Source of the DNA: Candidatus Levyibacteriota bacterium
GTDB lineage: Bacteria; Patescibacteriota; Microgenomatia; Levybacterales; UBA12049
Direction of reading: 5' to 3'
NCBI GenBank assembly: GCA_027459725.1
Contig: DAIDHK010000005.1
Location: 17,612-81,611 of the forward strand
Length of the DNA stretch: 64,000 bases
The notes below the pieces were generated by a model. That model saw only the letters and a list, made by a program, of their open reading frames with translations, was not told the origin of the DNA and did no database searches. Of the stretch, positions 1 to 10,695 are shown piece after piece (position 1 is the stretch's first letter; the number at the start of each line of letters is the position of its first letter). The translations under genes were made by a program, and so were the position numbers.

Positions 1-1
1 A

Positions 2-1345
2 GTTGTAATCTTAATCGCTTGTATAAAATTTATCTTCCTCAATGAGCTTCATGAAAGCATATTTCTGTTGTTTTTCTGTGCAGTACTAGTCAGTGGATGG
101 TATGGGACACTGCGATCAGGCTTAATTGCCACAGTCATATCCGGACTGGTAGTCAATTACATCTTCATCCCGCCAGCCTTTGCCTTCAGCACTGACCCTC
201 CTTCCCTGTATAGCACAGGGATTTTTTTTATTGAAGGCACACTTTTCAGTATCATTATAAAAGCACATAGTCTGGCTAGAAAGAAAATTGCTGAAAGTAG
301 TGAACGGTTTCGAATTGTAGCAGAAGGAGTAAGTGATTATATTGTCCTGATACTGAATCCTAGTGGTGAGATTCAAAGTATCAATAATACTGCTGAGAAA
401 ACCTTAGGATATAATCGCGATGAGATTATTAAACTCAATATCTCTAACTTATACAATACTAAAGATAGGCGCAGACGATTAGCAAAGAAACACATTTTTC
501 AGGCTATACATAAGGGCCATAAAGAAATTTCAGGTTGGAGATTGAATAAATATGGAAAATCATTCTGGATACAGGGAACTCTGTCAGCCATAAAAAACAA
601 TGACGGTAGTGTAAGAAGTCTGGTAGCTGTATTTAAAGATATGACTAGAGAAAAAATACAGCAACGAGAAAGAGACGATTTCATCAGTATTGCCACACAT
701 GAGCTAAAACAACCGGTTACAAGTATCATGCTCTATGCTCAGATCCTTTATAAACACATCCAAACACAAAGTAGTATAGATTTAAAATCAGTTCAACTCA
801 CCAAAAATCTGATCGACCAGTTAAATAAAATGAGTGAGTTAATCAAATTTCTATTAGATTTTACTAGAATTCAGAGAGGGAAAATCATATTAAAAAAAGA
901 GAAAGTAAATCTACAAGAGATATTTGGACAAATAAAAGCTTCAATTCATCAATCATGTCCTGAATATAAATTATTTATTGAAAATAATGAAAAAAACTAC
1001 GTAATTGCGGATAGAGAACGCATTCGTCAGGTACTCGTGAATTTAATAACCAATGCAATTAAATATTCTCCTAACTCTAGACAGATCAATCTGAAAACAA
1101 TATCTAATAAAAAACATATCACCATCTTTGTGCAGGATTTTGGGATTGGTATCGCCAAAGATAAACAGGAAATGATTTTTAGTCGATTCTATAGAATAGC
1201 TGAAAAACAAACGAAAATAAGTGGACTAGGCTTAGGATTATATATAACTTCAGAAATACTAAAGAAACATGCCAGCAAACTATATGTGGACAGTCAATTA
1301 GGTAAAGGCTCAACATTTTATTTCAGCTTACGCACAGCAAAATAA
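2..1345 (+). CDS. Sensor histidine kinase (membrane DUF4118-like N-terminus, PAS, HisKA, HATPase); 5' end runs off the window
   Basis: Frame is open to the left edge. H-box IATHELKQP, N-box NLITNAIKYS, DFGIGI and GLGLGL G-boxes; PAS-like segment from RFRIVAEGVSDY to VFKDMT. Confidence 0.93.
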   Translation, partial: VVILIACIKFIFLNELHESIFLLFFCAVLVSGWYGTLRSGLIATVISGLVVNYIFIPPAFAFSTDPPSLYSTGIFFIEGTLFSIIIKAHSLARKKIAESSERFRIVAEGVSDYIVLILNPSGEIQSINNTAEKTLGYNRDEIIKLNISNLYNTKDRRRRLAKKHIFQAIHKGHKEISGWRLNKYGKSFWIQGTLSAIKNNDGSVRSLVAVFKDMTREKIQQRERDDFISIATHELKQPVTSIMLYAQILYKHIQTQSSIDLKSVQLTKNLIDQLNKMSELIKFLLDFTRIQRGKIILKKEKVNLQEIFGQIKASIHQSCPEYKLFIENNEKNYVIADRERIRQVLVNLITNAIKYSPNSRQINLKTISNKKHITIFVQDFGIGIAKDKQEMIFSRFYRIAEKQTKISGLGLGLYITSEILKKHASKLYVDSQLGKGSTFYFSLRTAK

Positions 1346-1377
1346 GATGAAACTTATCATTACGAGAAATATAATAG

Positions 1378-2910
<1,533 letters not shown>

Positions 2911-2921
<11 letters not shown>

Positions 2922-3396
2922 GACAACAATGAGAACTAATTTCTTAGAAGTTTTAAGAATCCGTACAACTGGAGAACAACAAGAGTGGATTAGTCTTCTA
3001 GATGAAATTTTAAATGATAATAAATCAGAGCCAGACTTTAACTTGGAAAGTTATAGTCAAAAAAATTTTACGTTTATTCAACTGGAATGCCTGGAAAACT
3101 ATTTGAAAGATACAACGAAAAAGGATATATATTCAAAATTAATGGAACTAAGAGATGAACTAATTACTCTACCAGTCGTTAATATGACAATAGCCTTTGA
3201 ACCAACCAGCAACTTTCTTGACAGAATAATTGGAATCATCCGAAAAAAAGTAACTCCTCAAGCGATAATGCACCTTTCAATCTCCAGACAAATAATTGGA
3301 GGTTTCCTATTAGATTTTCAGGGTAGATTCTATGATGCCAGTTTAGTTAATATGATCCACGCTTTAACAAAGGAGAAAAACTATGCAAGACTTTGA
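2911..3396 (+). CDS. atpH: F1 delta/OSCP-like subunit, divergent
   Basis: C-terminal OSCP signature ISRQIIGGFLLDFQGRFYDASL; operon position. Confidence 0.8.
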
Positions 3397-4906
3397 TACT
3401 TTATTACATACCTGGAACGAAATAGGTTATATACAAGAAGTAAATGGTTCTTTATTAACAGTAGATGGTCTGCCAAAAGTTAGAATGAATGAAATAGTAC
3501 TTTTGGAAACTGGAGAATTAGCTCAAGTATTTTCCTTACAGAAAGACAAAGTAATGCTACTATTATTCTCCCCCCACTATATAAACATCGGGACAAGAGT
3601 AGTTAGAACCGGACAAACATTAAATATAGAAATTGGTGATTTTTTGTTGGGAGCGTGTATTGATCCTTTAGCCAAACCTATTATCGCTAGTTTAAATCCT
3701 TCAAACTCGCAAAAACGCCCGATTGAAATTAGAGCAAAAGGTATCGCTGAAAGACAAAAAATTACACAACCTTTTGTCAGCGGTGTTTCAATTGTTGACA
3801 TGCTTATCCCTCTGGGTAAAGGCCAAAGAGAGTTAATTATTGGTGATCGTAAAACGGGAAAAACATCTTTTTTACTTCAAACAGTCTTAAGCCAGACAAA
3901 GACAGGTACAGTTTGTATTTATGCCATGATTGGTAAACAGCAAAACGAAATTAATAATTTACTTAACTTTCTGCGGGAAAATAAAATTATTCATCAAACA
4001 GTTCTAGTAGTTTCATCCCGTCATGATCCTGAAGGTCTTATTTATCTTACTCCTTATACTGCTATGACGATTGCTGAATACTTCCGCGATCAAGGCAAAG
4101 AAGTACTTCTTATCATGGATGATTTAACCACTCACGCCAAAGCCTATCGTACTATTTCTTTGATGGCCAAGAGATTTCCCGGCCGAAGTTCCTATCCTGC
4201 CAATATTTTCTATACACACGCCAGACTATTAGAACGTGCTGGAAATTTTAAGCAAGGAGATAAAGCAACTTCTATTACCTGTCTACCTGTTGCCGAAACA
4301 ACTAATGGAGATTTATCCGGCTATATTCAGACCAATTTAATGTCAATGACAGACGGCCATATTTTCTTTGATGTCAATCTTTATTCTTCAGGACGCCGTC
4401 CCCCTATCAATTCTTTTCTTTCTGTAAGCAGAGTCGGAAGACAGACTCAAACTCCGTTGGGCCAATCCATAGCCCGTGAATTAAACAGTTTCCTCACCCT
4501 GCTGGAAAAATCAGAAAAATATTCTCATTTTGGTGCCGAGGCAACCACGAATATCAAAGATACGCTGTCTTTTGGGAGTAAAGTAATTGCCTTTTTCAAT
4601 CAATCAACTGATGTTTCTATGCCTTTGCCATTACAGATGTTTATCTTTGCACTGATATGGGCAAGATACTTCCAAGCTTTATCCATACTAGAACAAGAAG
4701 AAAAAATAAGTGCTATTAGAAAACTATACTTTTCAAGTAAAGACATACAAAATTTTGTAGAGAACATTATCAGCAAGTCAGATACACTCAATCATCTTTT
4801 GACTCAGCTTAATTTGCAAGATGAAATGATAAAAAAATATTTTTCTGTGAACCAACCGATATATAAACCATCTAAATCATATGAACGACAAAGCAGCACA
4901 AAATAA
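3383..4906 (+). CDS. atpA: F1-type ATPase alpha subunit
   Basis: GKGQRELIIGDRKTGKT Walker A, LIMDDLT, RLLERAG, SMTDGHIF, and SVSRVG arginine finger. Confidence 0.97.
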   Translation: MQDFDTLLHTWNEIGYIQEVNGSLLTVDGLPKVRMNEIVLLETGELAQVFSLQKDKVMLLLFSPHYINIGTRVVRTGQTLNIEIGDFLLGACIDPLAKPIIASLNPSNSQKRPIEIRAKGIAERQKITQPFVSGVSIVDMLIPLGKGQRELIIGDRKTGKTSFLLQTVLSQTKTGTVCIYAMIGKQQNEINNLLNFLRENKIIHQTVLVVSSRHDPEGLIYLTPYTAMTIAEYFRDQGKEVLLIMDDLTTHAKAYRTISLMAKRFPGRSSYPANIFYTHARLLERAGNFKQGDKATSITCLPVAETTNGDLSGYIQTNLMSMTDGHIFFDVNLYSSGRRPPINSFLSVSRVGRQTQTPLGQSIARELNSFLTLLEKSEKYSHFGAEATTNIKDTLSFGSKVIAFFNQSTDVSMPLPLQMFIFALIWARYFQALSILEQEEKISAIRKLYFSSKDIQNFVENIISKSDTLNHLLTQLNLQDEMIKKYFSVNQPIYKPSKSYERQSSTK

Positions 4907-5771
4907 TTATAACGATTTAAAAGACATGAATACGATCGTATTAACTTACGAAGAAGTAGCCGCGATACGTATGCAGAGAATTCGCTCTGTAGTATTACAA
5001 AAAAGATCATTTGTTGAAGAGCTTGAGCATGTATACAGTATTGTAAGACGAATGTATAAAAATGATATTATGAATTTACTTAAAAAGAAAAGGATTTCAG
5101 ATACCAGAATTTTGAATAGAAAAAATGGGAAAACAATTGCTGTTTTCATCGGGGCTAATACTGGATTGTATGGGGATATTGTCAGAAGAACATTTGAATA
5201 TTTTTATAACGACGTAAAAGATCACCCGGATTATGATTTAGCTATAGTTGGTAGAATGGGAAAAGTTTTGGCAGAAGAATATAACATGACACAAAATATT
5301 CAATATATTGATTTATCTGACCAGGCTATTCAAAAAGAAGAGTTAAATGGCCTAATCTTAACTTTACTACAATATGAAAATGTGATTCTTTATCATGGAG
5401 AATTTAAAAATATGTTACATCAGGAAGCTATTGCTTCCCGTTTTGAGGAGGCCTCTAGTCAACCATCAACTGATGAAAATATGCCAGGATCAATTCCGCC
5501 CAAAAAAGATAAATGGTTAATTGACCCTTCACTAGAAGAATTGCTAAATTTTTTTGAATCTGAATTATTTTCTTCCTTTGTTGTACAAACTTTTGGAGAA
5601 GGACAACTGGCAAAACTTGCTTCAAGGATTGACACACTGGAACAAGCAACTGAGCATATACAAACAGAGGTACAACATGCAGCAACGAAACTTGAGCAAT
5701 TAAATCACGAAATATCAAATAAAAAGCAAAATGACATGCTAAGCGGTATGATGATATGGAATATACAATAA
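4881..5771 (+). CDS. atpG: F1 gamma subunit, divergent
   Basis: N-terminal helix TYEEVAAIRMQRIR; GANTGLYG (compare SDRGLCG); C-terminal coil ASRIDTLEQAT; lies between alpha and beta. Confidence 0.9.
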   Translation: MNDKAAQNNYNDLKDMNTIVLTYEEVAAIRMQRIRSVVLQKRSFVEELEHVYSIVRRMYKNDIMNLLKKKRISDTRILNRKNGKTIAVFIGANTGLYGDIVRRTFEYFYNDVKDHPDYDLAIVGRMGKVLAEEYNMTQNIQYIDLSDQAIQKEELNGLILTLLQYENVILYHGEFKNMLHQEAIASRFEEASSQPSTDENMPGSIPPKKDKWLIDPSLEELLNFFESELFSSFVVQTFGEGQLAKLASRIDTLEQATEHIQTEVQHAATKLEQLNHEISNKKQNDMLSGMMIWNIQ

Positions 5772-5775
5772 ATAT

Positions 5776-7167
5776 ATGAATAATAAAGGTAAAGTAATAA
5801 ATATCAAAGATCAAATCGTGGAAGTTGAGTTTTTTGATAACAACTCACCAAAATTGCACGATGTGTTATATCTGGAAGAGGATAAAAACTCGTTGCTTGA
5901 AGTTACAGGCTCCTCTGCGCCTTCACAATTTTTTTGTATGATTTTAAATGGAGCTGACAACTTTTATCGCGGCGCGAGTGTTATTAATAGCGAATCCGGA
6001 CTTACAGTACCAATTGGAAAAGAGACGCTGGGCAGAGTCATTGATATCTTTGGCAATCCAATCGATGGTAAGGAAAAAATAAATGCCAAGAATCATCATC
6101 CAATTTATAGAGATCCCCCATCTCTGGAATCTATTGCTCCTAAAAAAGGCATGCTGGAATTGGGTATTAAAGTGATTGATTTTTTTGCTCCTATGCTTCA
6201 AGGAGGGAAATTAGGCATACTTGGGGGCGCAGGGGTAGGAAAAACAATCTTGTTAACTGAGATCTTGCATAATGTCGTCATACTTAACAAAAACAAAAGT
6301 GTCTCAGTTTATACAGGTGTAGGAGAACGTACACGGGAAGGCCAAGAATTGGTCGAGTCACTTGCAGAAGGCAATGTATTGGACTCCGCTGCTTTGATTT
6401 ATGGCGCGATGGGCGAAAGTCCAGCTATTCGTTATTTGACAGCGTATGCCGGCATCACTATGGCTGAGGGTTTTCGGGACCTGGAGAAGAAAGATGTACT
6501 GTTCTTTATTGATAACGTTTTTCGTTTAGCACAAGCTGGAAATGAACTCTCGATGCTATCCAATACTATCCCCTCAGAAGACGGGTATCAGCCAAAACTT
6601 GACAGTGAAATGGGTACTTTCCATGAACGTCTAGTCTCAACCAAAGATGCAAATATAAACGCTATCGAAGCTATTTATGTACCAAATGATGATATTACTG
6701 ATCAAGGAGTGCAAGCTATCTTTCCATATCTGGACTCGATAATTGTACTTTCAAGAAATGTGTACCAGCAAGGTTATCTACCGGCAGTCGATATTATGAA
6801 CAGCGGTTATTCCAAGGCTTTAACCCCATCAATTGTTGGTGAAAAACATTACTCAGCAGCAATTGAGGCACAACAGTTGTTAAAAAAATCTGCTTCACTT
6901 GACCGCATTGTGTCATTAATCGGCGAATCAGAACTCTCAGCTGAAGATCAAATAACCTATAGACGAGCACAAAAGCTTAGAGCGTATATGACGCAAAGTT
7001 TTTTTACTGCAGAAAAACAAACTGGTAGAAAAGGAACCTTCGTTCCAGCCAAAGATACCATTGATGATGTTATCGGCATCATGAATGGTGCATTTGATTA
7101 TCTAACTGTGGATAAATTTATGTTCATCGGCAGTCTGAAAGAGCTGAAAAAAACAAATGGATCCTAA
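5776..7167 (+). CDS. atpD: F1-type ATPase beta subunit
   Basis: GGAGVGKT, GERTREG with the catalytic Glu, FFIDNVFR, PSEDGYQP, and SELSAED (DELSEED-like). Confidence 0.98.
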   Translation: MNNKGKVINIKDQIVEVEFFDNNSPKLHDVLYLEEDKNSLLEVTGSSAPSQFFCMILNGADNFYRGASVINSESGLTVPIGKETLGRVIDIFGNPIDGKEKINAKNHHPIYRDPPSLESIAPKKGMLELGIKVIDFFAPMLQGGKLGILGGAGVGKTILLTEILHNVVILNKNKSVSVYTGVGERTREGQELVESLAEGNVLDSAALIYGAMGESPAIRYLTAYAGITMAEGFRDLEKKDVLFFIDNVFRLAQAGNELSMLSNTIPSEDGYQPKLDSEMGTFHERLVSTKDANINAIEAIYVPNDDITDQGVQAIFPYLDSIIVLSRNVYQQGYLPAVDIMNSGYSKALTPSIVGEKHYSAAIEAQQLLKKSASLDRIVSLIGESELSAEDQITYRRAQKLRAYMTQSFFTAEKQTGRKGTFVPAKDTIDDVIGIMNGAFDYLTVDKFMFIGSLKELKKTNGS

Positions 7168-7435
7168 AGAGTATACAGACCAAATCTATACAGTCACAAT
7201 CCGCAGTACCGAAACTGTTTATGAACAGGATTTGCCGGTCAGAGCAGTTTCATCCAAAAATATAAACGGTCCGTTTGATGTGCTTCCTTTACACGCGGAT
7301 TGCATATCAATAGTTGAAGAATATATTGCTTACTACCCGCAAAACGAAGAGCGTAAAGTAATCGATATTCACAAAGGAGTACTAAGAGTAGAAAACGGCA
7401 ATGTTTATATATTCCTTGATACTCTAACTAAGTGA
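7157..7435 (+). CDS. atpC: F1 epsilon subunit, N-terminal beta-sandwich only
   Basis: GPFDVLPLHA and GVLRVENGNVYI motifs; 92 aa with no C-terminal helical hairpin. Confidence 0.8.
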   Translation: MDPKEYTDQIYTVTIRSTETVYEQDLPVRAVSSKNINGPFDVLPLHADCISIVEEYIAYYPQNEERKVIDIHKGVLRVENGNVYIFLDTLTK

Positions 7436-7466
7436 CCAAAAACCTTTCAAATATTTAACCTCTGAG

Positions 7467-7700
7467 ATGAGTGTGGGATACGTTATAAGACTAGTAAAAA
7501 CAAATACGTCGAAAAGATTAAAAAAGAAATTCAGTTTTCTCAAAGAAGTGTACTAAGAGATAGATGGGGTATGTTCAGATGGGTTCATTATGTCAATAGT
7601 TGTGATCAATGAATAAGTTGTTAAACAATATATTGAGCTTACAGCCAATGAAGAGACGCTACATGTCATTCTTGAATTAGACCAAAACCAGGTGTCCTAA
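7467..7700 (+). pseudogene. tnpA: Decayed IS200/IS605 TnpA (Y1 transposase), C-terminal fragment
   Basis: Hand translation: MSVGYVIRLVKTNTSKRLKKKFSFLKEVY*EIDGVCSDGFIMSIVVINE*VVKQYIE. This matches the TnpA C-terminal half and has two in-frame stops. Confidence 0.8.
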
Positions 7701-7790
7701 ACCCATAGAAGTTTACTTCACACTTATCTAAATTAGAAAAAAATCAAATTAATACTAGAAGATTCTATTTATATTATAATTATCCTATAT

Positions 7791-8369
7791 TTATTGATTA
7801 TTTAATTTTCCTCTTAATTCCTTCATTCCTTTAGCCCAAAAAACCAGTTGTTTAAGCATCTCTGAAGCTAGTTTATCTTGCTGATCTGAAAATTTATACT
7901 GCCCATTCTCACCAAGATTCTCCCAGTAGTTAGGTAACAGAATCTGATCTCTTAAATCATACATCTTACACTCACCAGCTATTTCTCTCAGTTGTTCAAC
8001 AGCTCTGGCACCAGCCGCATAAGATCCATAACTTACATAACAAACCGGTTTATAGTGCCACTCATACCATAAATAATCGATTGCATTTTTTAAAACAGCT
8101 GATATCCCATGATTGTATTCAGGTGTAACAAAAACAAATCCATCAGCTTCATCGATTATTTTTGACCATCTGATTGTATGATCTTTAGAATATTTTCTTA
8201 GAGATGGTGGAACCGGCTCATCCAGGAACGGCAAGTTAATTTCTTTAAGATCAACTAACTCAACTTTTAAATCCTCTATTTTTTTCGCCTGTTCATAAAT
8301 CCACTGGGATGGTTGTATATTAAATCTTCCCGGCCTTGAAGAACCCATTAATATTTTTATATTTAACAT
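7791..8369 (-). CDS. NADPH-dependent FMN reductase
   Basis: GSSRPGR, FVTPEYNHGISAVLKNAID and SYGSYAAGARA motifs. Confidence 0.93.
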   Translation of the reverse strand: MLNIKILMGSSRPGRFNIQPSQWIYEQAKKIEDLKVELVDLKEINLPFLDEPVPPSLRKYSKDHTIRWSKIIDEADGFVFVTPEYNHGISAVLKNAIDYLWYEWHYKPVCYVSYGSYAAGARAVEQLREIAGECKMYDLRDQILLPNYWENLGENGQYKFSDQQDKLASEMLKQLVFWAKGMKELRGKLNNQ

Positions 8370-8800
8370 AAAAATATATTAAATTATAATCCTGATTAAA
8401 TCAAGTATGCACAAATTGGAAAGTTACTTCAGATTAGTAAAGTAAGATTATTATCTAGAAACGCTACCCTCACCATCATCTATTATATCCTGGAATAAGA
8501 AAGCTAATTTTTTGTTATAAAAATCTCAAAAACCTCATCCGAGAAAACGTGTGGTAAACTAGTCTTACCACCATGTCCCAGGAAATCTATGCATTGTTAA
8601 TGTTATTATTCCAAATAAAATCTCATAAAGCTAATGCTCGCAGTACCACTCTTCTCTTAAAGGCTTTTTAAACTCATACTTACTTTTATACGCACTTATA
8701 ACATGATTAAGTATAAGGTTTTGTAAAAATAGTACATTACTTTTAGCTTACAACCTATAGTTTGATTTGTTTTAATAACTTTACTATAATATCTATAATC

Positions 8801-9496
8801 ATGAATATAATTGAAACAAGCAATATTTCTCCAACCCATGATTCTATGAAAAGATCTGACGGGAGTTTATGGAAACTATACAATTTTCGCGGGGGACAGC
8901 TGGTACTGACCTCAAGAGGACAAGAGCTCTTATCACACAACCTTAACCTAAGAAGACATATACAAAGTTATAAGTCAGAATCAAGGGCTGCTCAAAGATA
9001 TGGAACTGAAAGAATATTTTTTAGACCAGGAGGTAATAGTGAAATATTTAAATTAGGTGAAACTGATTTATTAATAAAAGAAGCTACCAAGAACACCCGC
9101 TCTTCGCTTTGGCAAGCCTTGGATCGTATGGATTACCTATATACTTTATGTTTACAGAATCTATATCCTTATATAAGAGTACCAGAACACTATGGATTAT
9201 TAATTCCTAATGAAGGAATAAATGATTATATGTTAATGCGAAAAATTAATAATGGGATAACAGTTATGGATTTAATAAGAGGTCGTGTAAACGTATCTCC
9301 AGACATCGTGAGCTCAATTAAGTCTGATTTTGCTAGTCTCAAACACCGAATTATGGAAGCATCGAAAAAAACACCAATGTTTAAAAAATACAAATATCCT
9401 TTTATTTTAAGCGACTGGAAGGAAGATAATGTACTTGCTGATTTACACACAGTTAACAAAGACAGACCCTATACGTTATGGGTTATTGATCAATAA
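8801..9496 (+). CDS. Protein kinase-like fold protein, minimal
   Basis: PGGNSEIF Gly loop, LLIKE, SDWKEDNVL catalytic loop, terminal WVIDQ; ATG preceded by TATAAT. Confidence 0.6.
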   Translation: MNIIETSNISPTHDSMKRSDGSLWKLYNFRGGQLVLTSRGQELLSHNLNLRRHIQSYKSESRAAQRYGTERIFFRPGGNSEIFKLGETDLLIKEATKNTRSSLWQALDRMDYLYTLCLQNLYPYIRVPEHYGLLIPNEGINDYMLMRKINNGITVMDLIRGRVNVSPDIVSSIKSDFASLKHRIMEASKKTPMFKKYKYPFILSDWKEDNVLADLHTVNKDRPYTLWVIDQ

Positions 9497-9674
9497 AGTC
9501 TTTACATAACTTACTATTGCTAATCTGTTTTATCGCTGCTAATCTTAAAGAGGGAGTGATAATTTATGTTCTTTGCTTCCACGCTCTACTTATTGTTTTT
9601 CCGTTATTTAGTTTTTTGCGCTCAATTTCTTCTGAATCACTATCTGTATAAACCTTAAACGAAAGGAGGTGAAA

Positions 9675-9875
9675 ATGATGAAAACATTAAAAGTCGTAGC
9701 CTTGGTTTTATTATTAGTCGGAGGCCTCAATTGGGGTCTGGTTGGACTGTTTCACTTTGACTTAGTAGGGGCAATTTTCGGCATGGGTACTATGCTTACT
9801 AGTTTAGTATATATACTTGTCGGGTTAAGTGCCTTATATGTCGCCTATCTATGGTGGCAAAAAAAGTTGAAGTAG
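9675..9875 (+). CDS. DUF378 family small membrane protein
   Basis: VGGLNWGLVGLFHFDLV and YILVGLSALY motifs; strong SD AAGGAGGTG. Confidence 0.92.
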   Translation: MMKTLKVVALVLLLVGGLNWGLVGLFHFDLVGAIFGMGTMLTSLVYILVGLSALYVAYLWWQKKLK

Positions 9876-9886
9876 TTATCACTTCA

Positions 9887-9918
9887 GTGGCACAAACTTG
9901 GACAAAATTTTGTGCCAC
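9887..9918 (+). terminator. Hairpin after the DUF378 gene
   Basis: GTGGCACAAA / TTTGTGCCAC 10-bp inverted repeat; no clear U-tract. Confidence 0.55.
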
Positions 9919-9992
9919 ACATAGCGGTAAATACAAGAAAATTATTGTTATTTAAACTTGACAAAGTCGTTTAATTAAGCTTAGATAGATAT

Positions 9993-10535
9993 ATGAACGA
10001 TCAAGACAATCTTTCTCCAAATCCAATATCACAAACTGAAACAAATTCTCCCGTTGATGCGACTTCACAAATAGCAGCTTTAACGAAACTACAACTAGAG
10101 TCCGCAACAGCTAACCAACCTAACCCTACATCCCCGGACCAGAGTGTAGTTATGACTCCTCATGAAACTGACTCCAGAGTACCTGCGGGAGTAGCAATCC
10201 CAACTGTTGAACCACAGCAACCCACGGCAACTCCGGTTCAAACTGAGAACGATGCGAGAGTTATTGATTCTGATACACAGACAATCCCTACTTCCGTAAA
10301 GTTAATCGATTTTTTATCGCATGGCTTAGACCCCAAAGATCCGATTAAATCATTAAACGCCGCTCTGAGTGAAATAGCAGGATTAGGTCCAATAGCAGAT
10401 GAATATAAAAAACTTACCTTGACTGCGGGTGGTCAAAGATTAGCACAAATATTATTGCAGATTGGTGCAAAAAGACAATTAAATAGTCAGATGGTCACCA
10501 GCGAAAATCAGATACCTGAGCAGAAAGCTGCGTAA
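9993..10535 (+). CDS. Hypothetical protein with a P/Q/T-rich disordered N-terminus
   Basis: 180-aa ORF with TTGACA at 9958 upstream. Confidence 0.75.
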   Translation: MNDQDNLSPNPISQTETNSPVDATSQIAALTKLQLESATANQPNPTSPDQSVVMTPHETDSRVPAGVAIPTVEPQQPTATPVQTENDARVIDSDTQTIPTSVKLIDFLSHGLDPKDPIKSLNAALSEIAGLGPIADEYKKLTLTAGGQRLAQILLQIGAKRQLNSQMVTSENQIPEQKAA

Positions 10536-10695
10536 TTTTTACTCCTTAGATCTTCCAGTGATTCGAATTATTATACTTACAAAGAATATCTCGTCTTCCT
10601 TGTGACTTAGATCACTTTTATAGCAGAGTGATTGCCCTTGCATTATTTCACAAAAAGCGTCAATATAATTGTGTAGCCTCTTTTTCTTCAATCAT

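Noticed and set aside
8400-8750. Possible gene remnant in the intergenic region
   Set aside because: The frames I read were interrupted by stops and showed no recognisable family.
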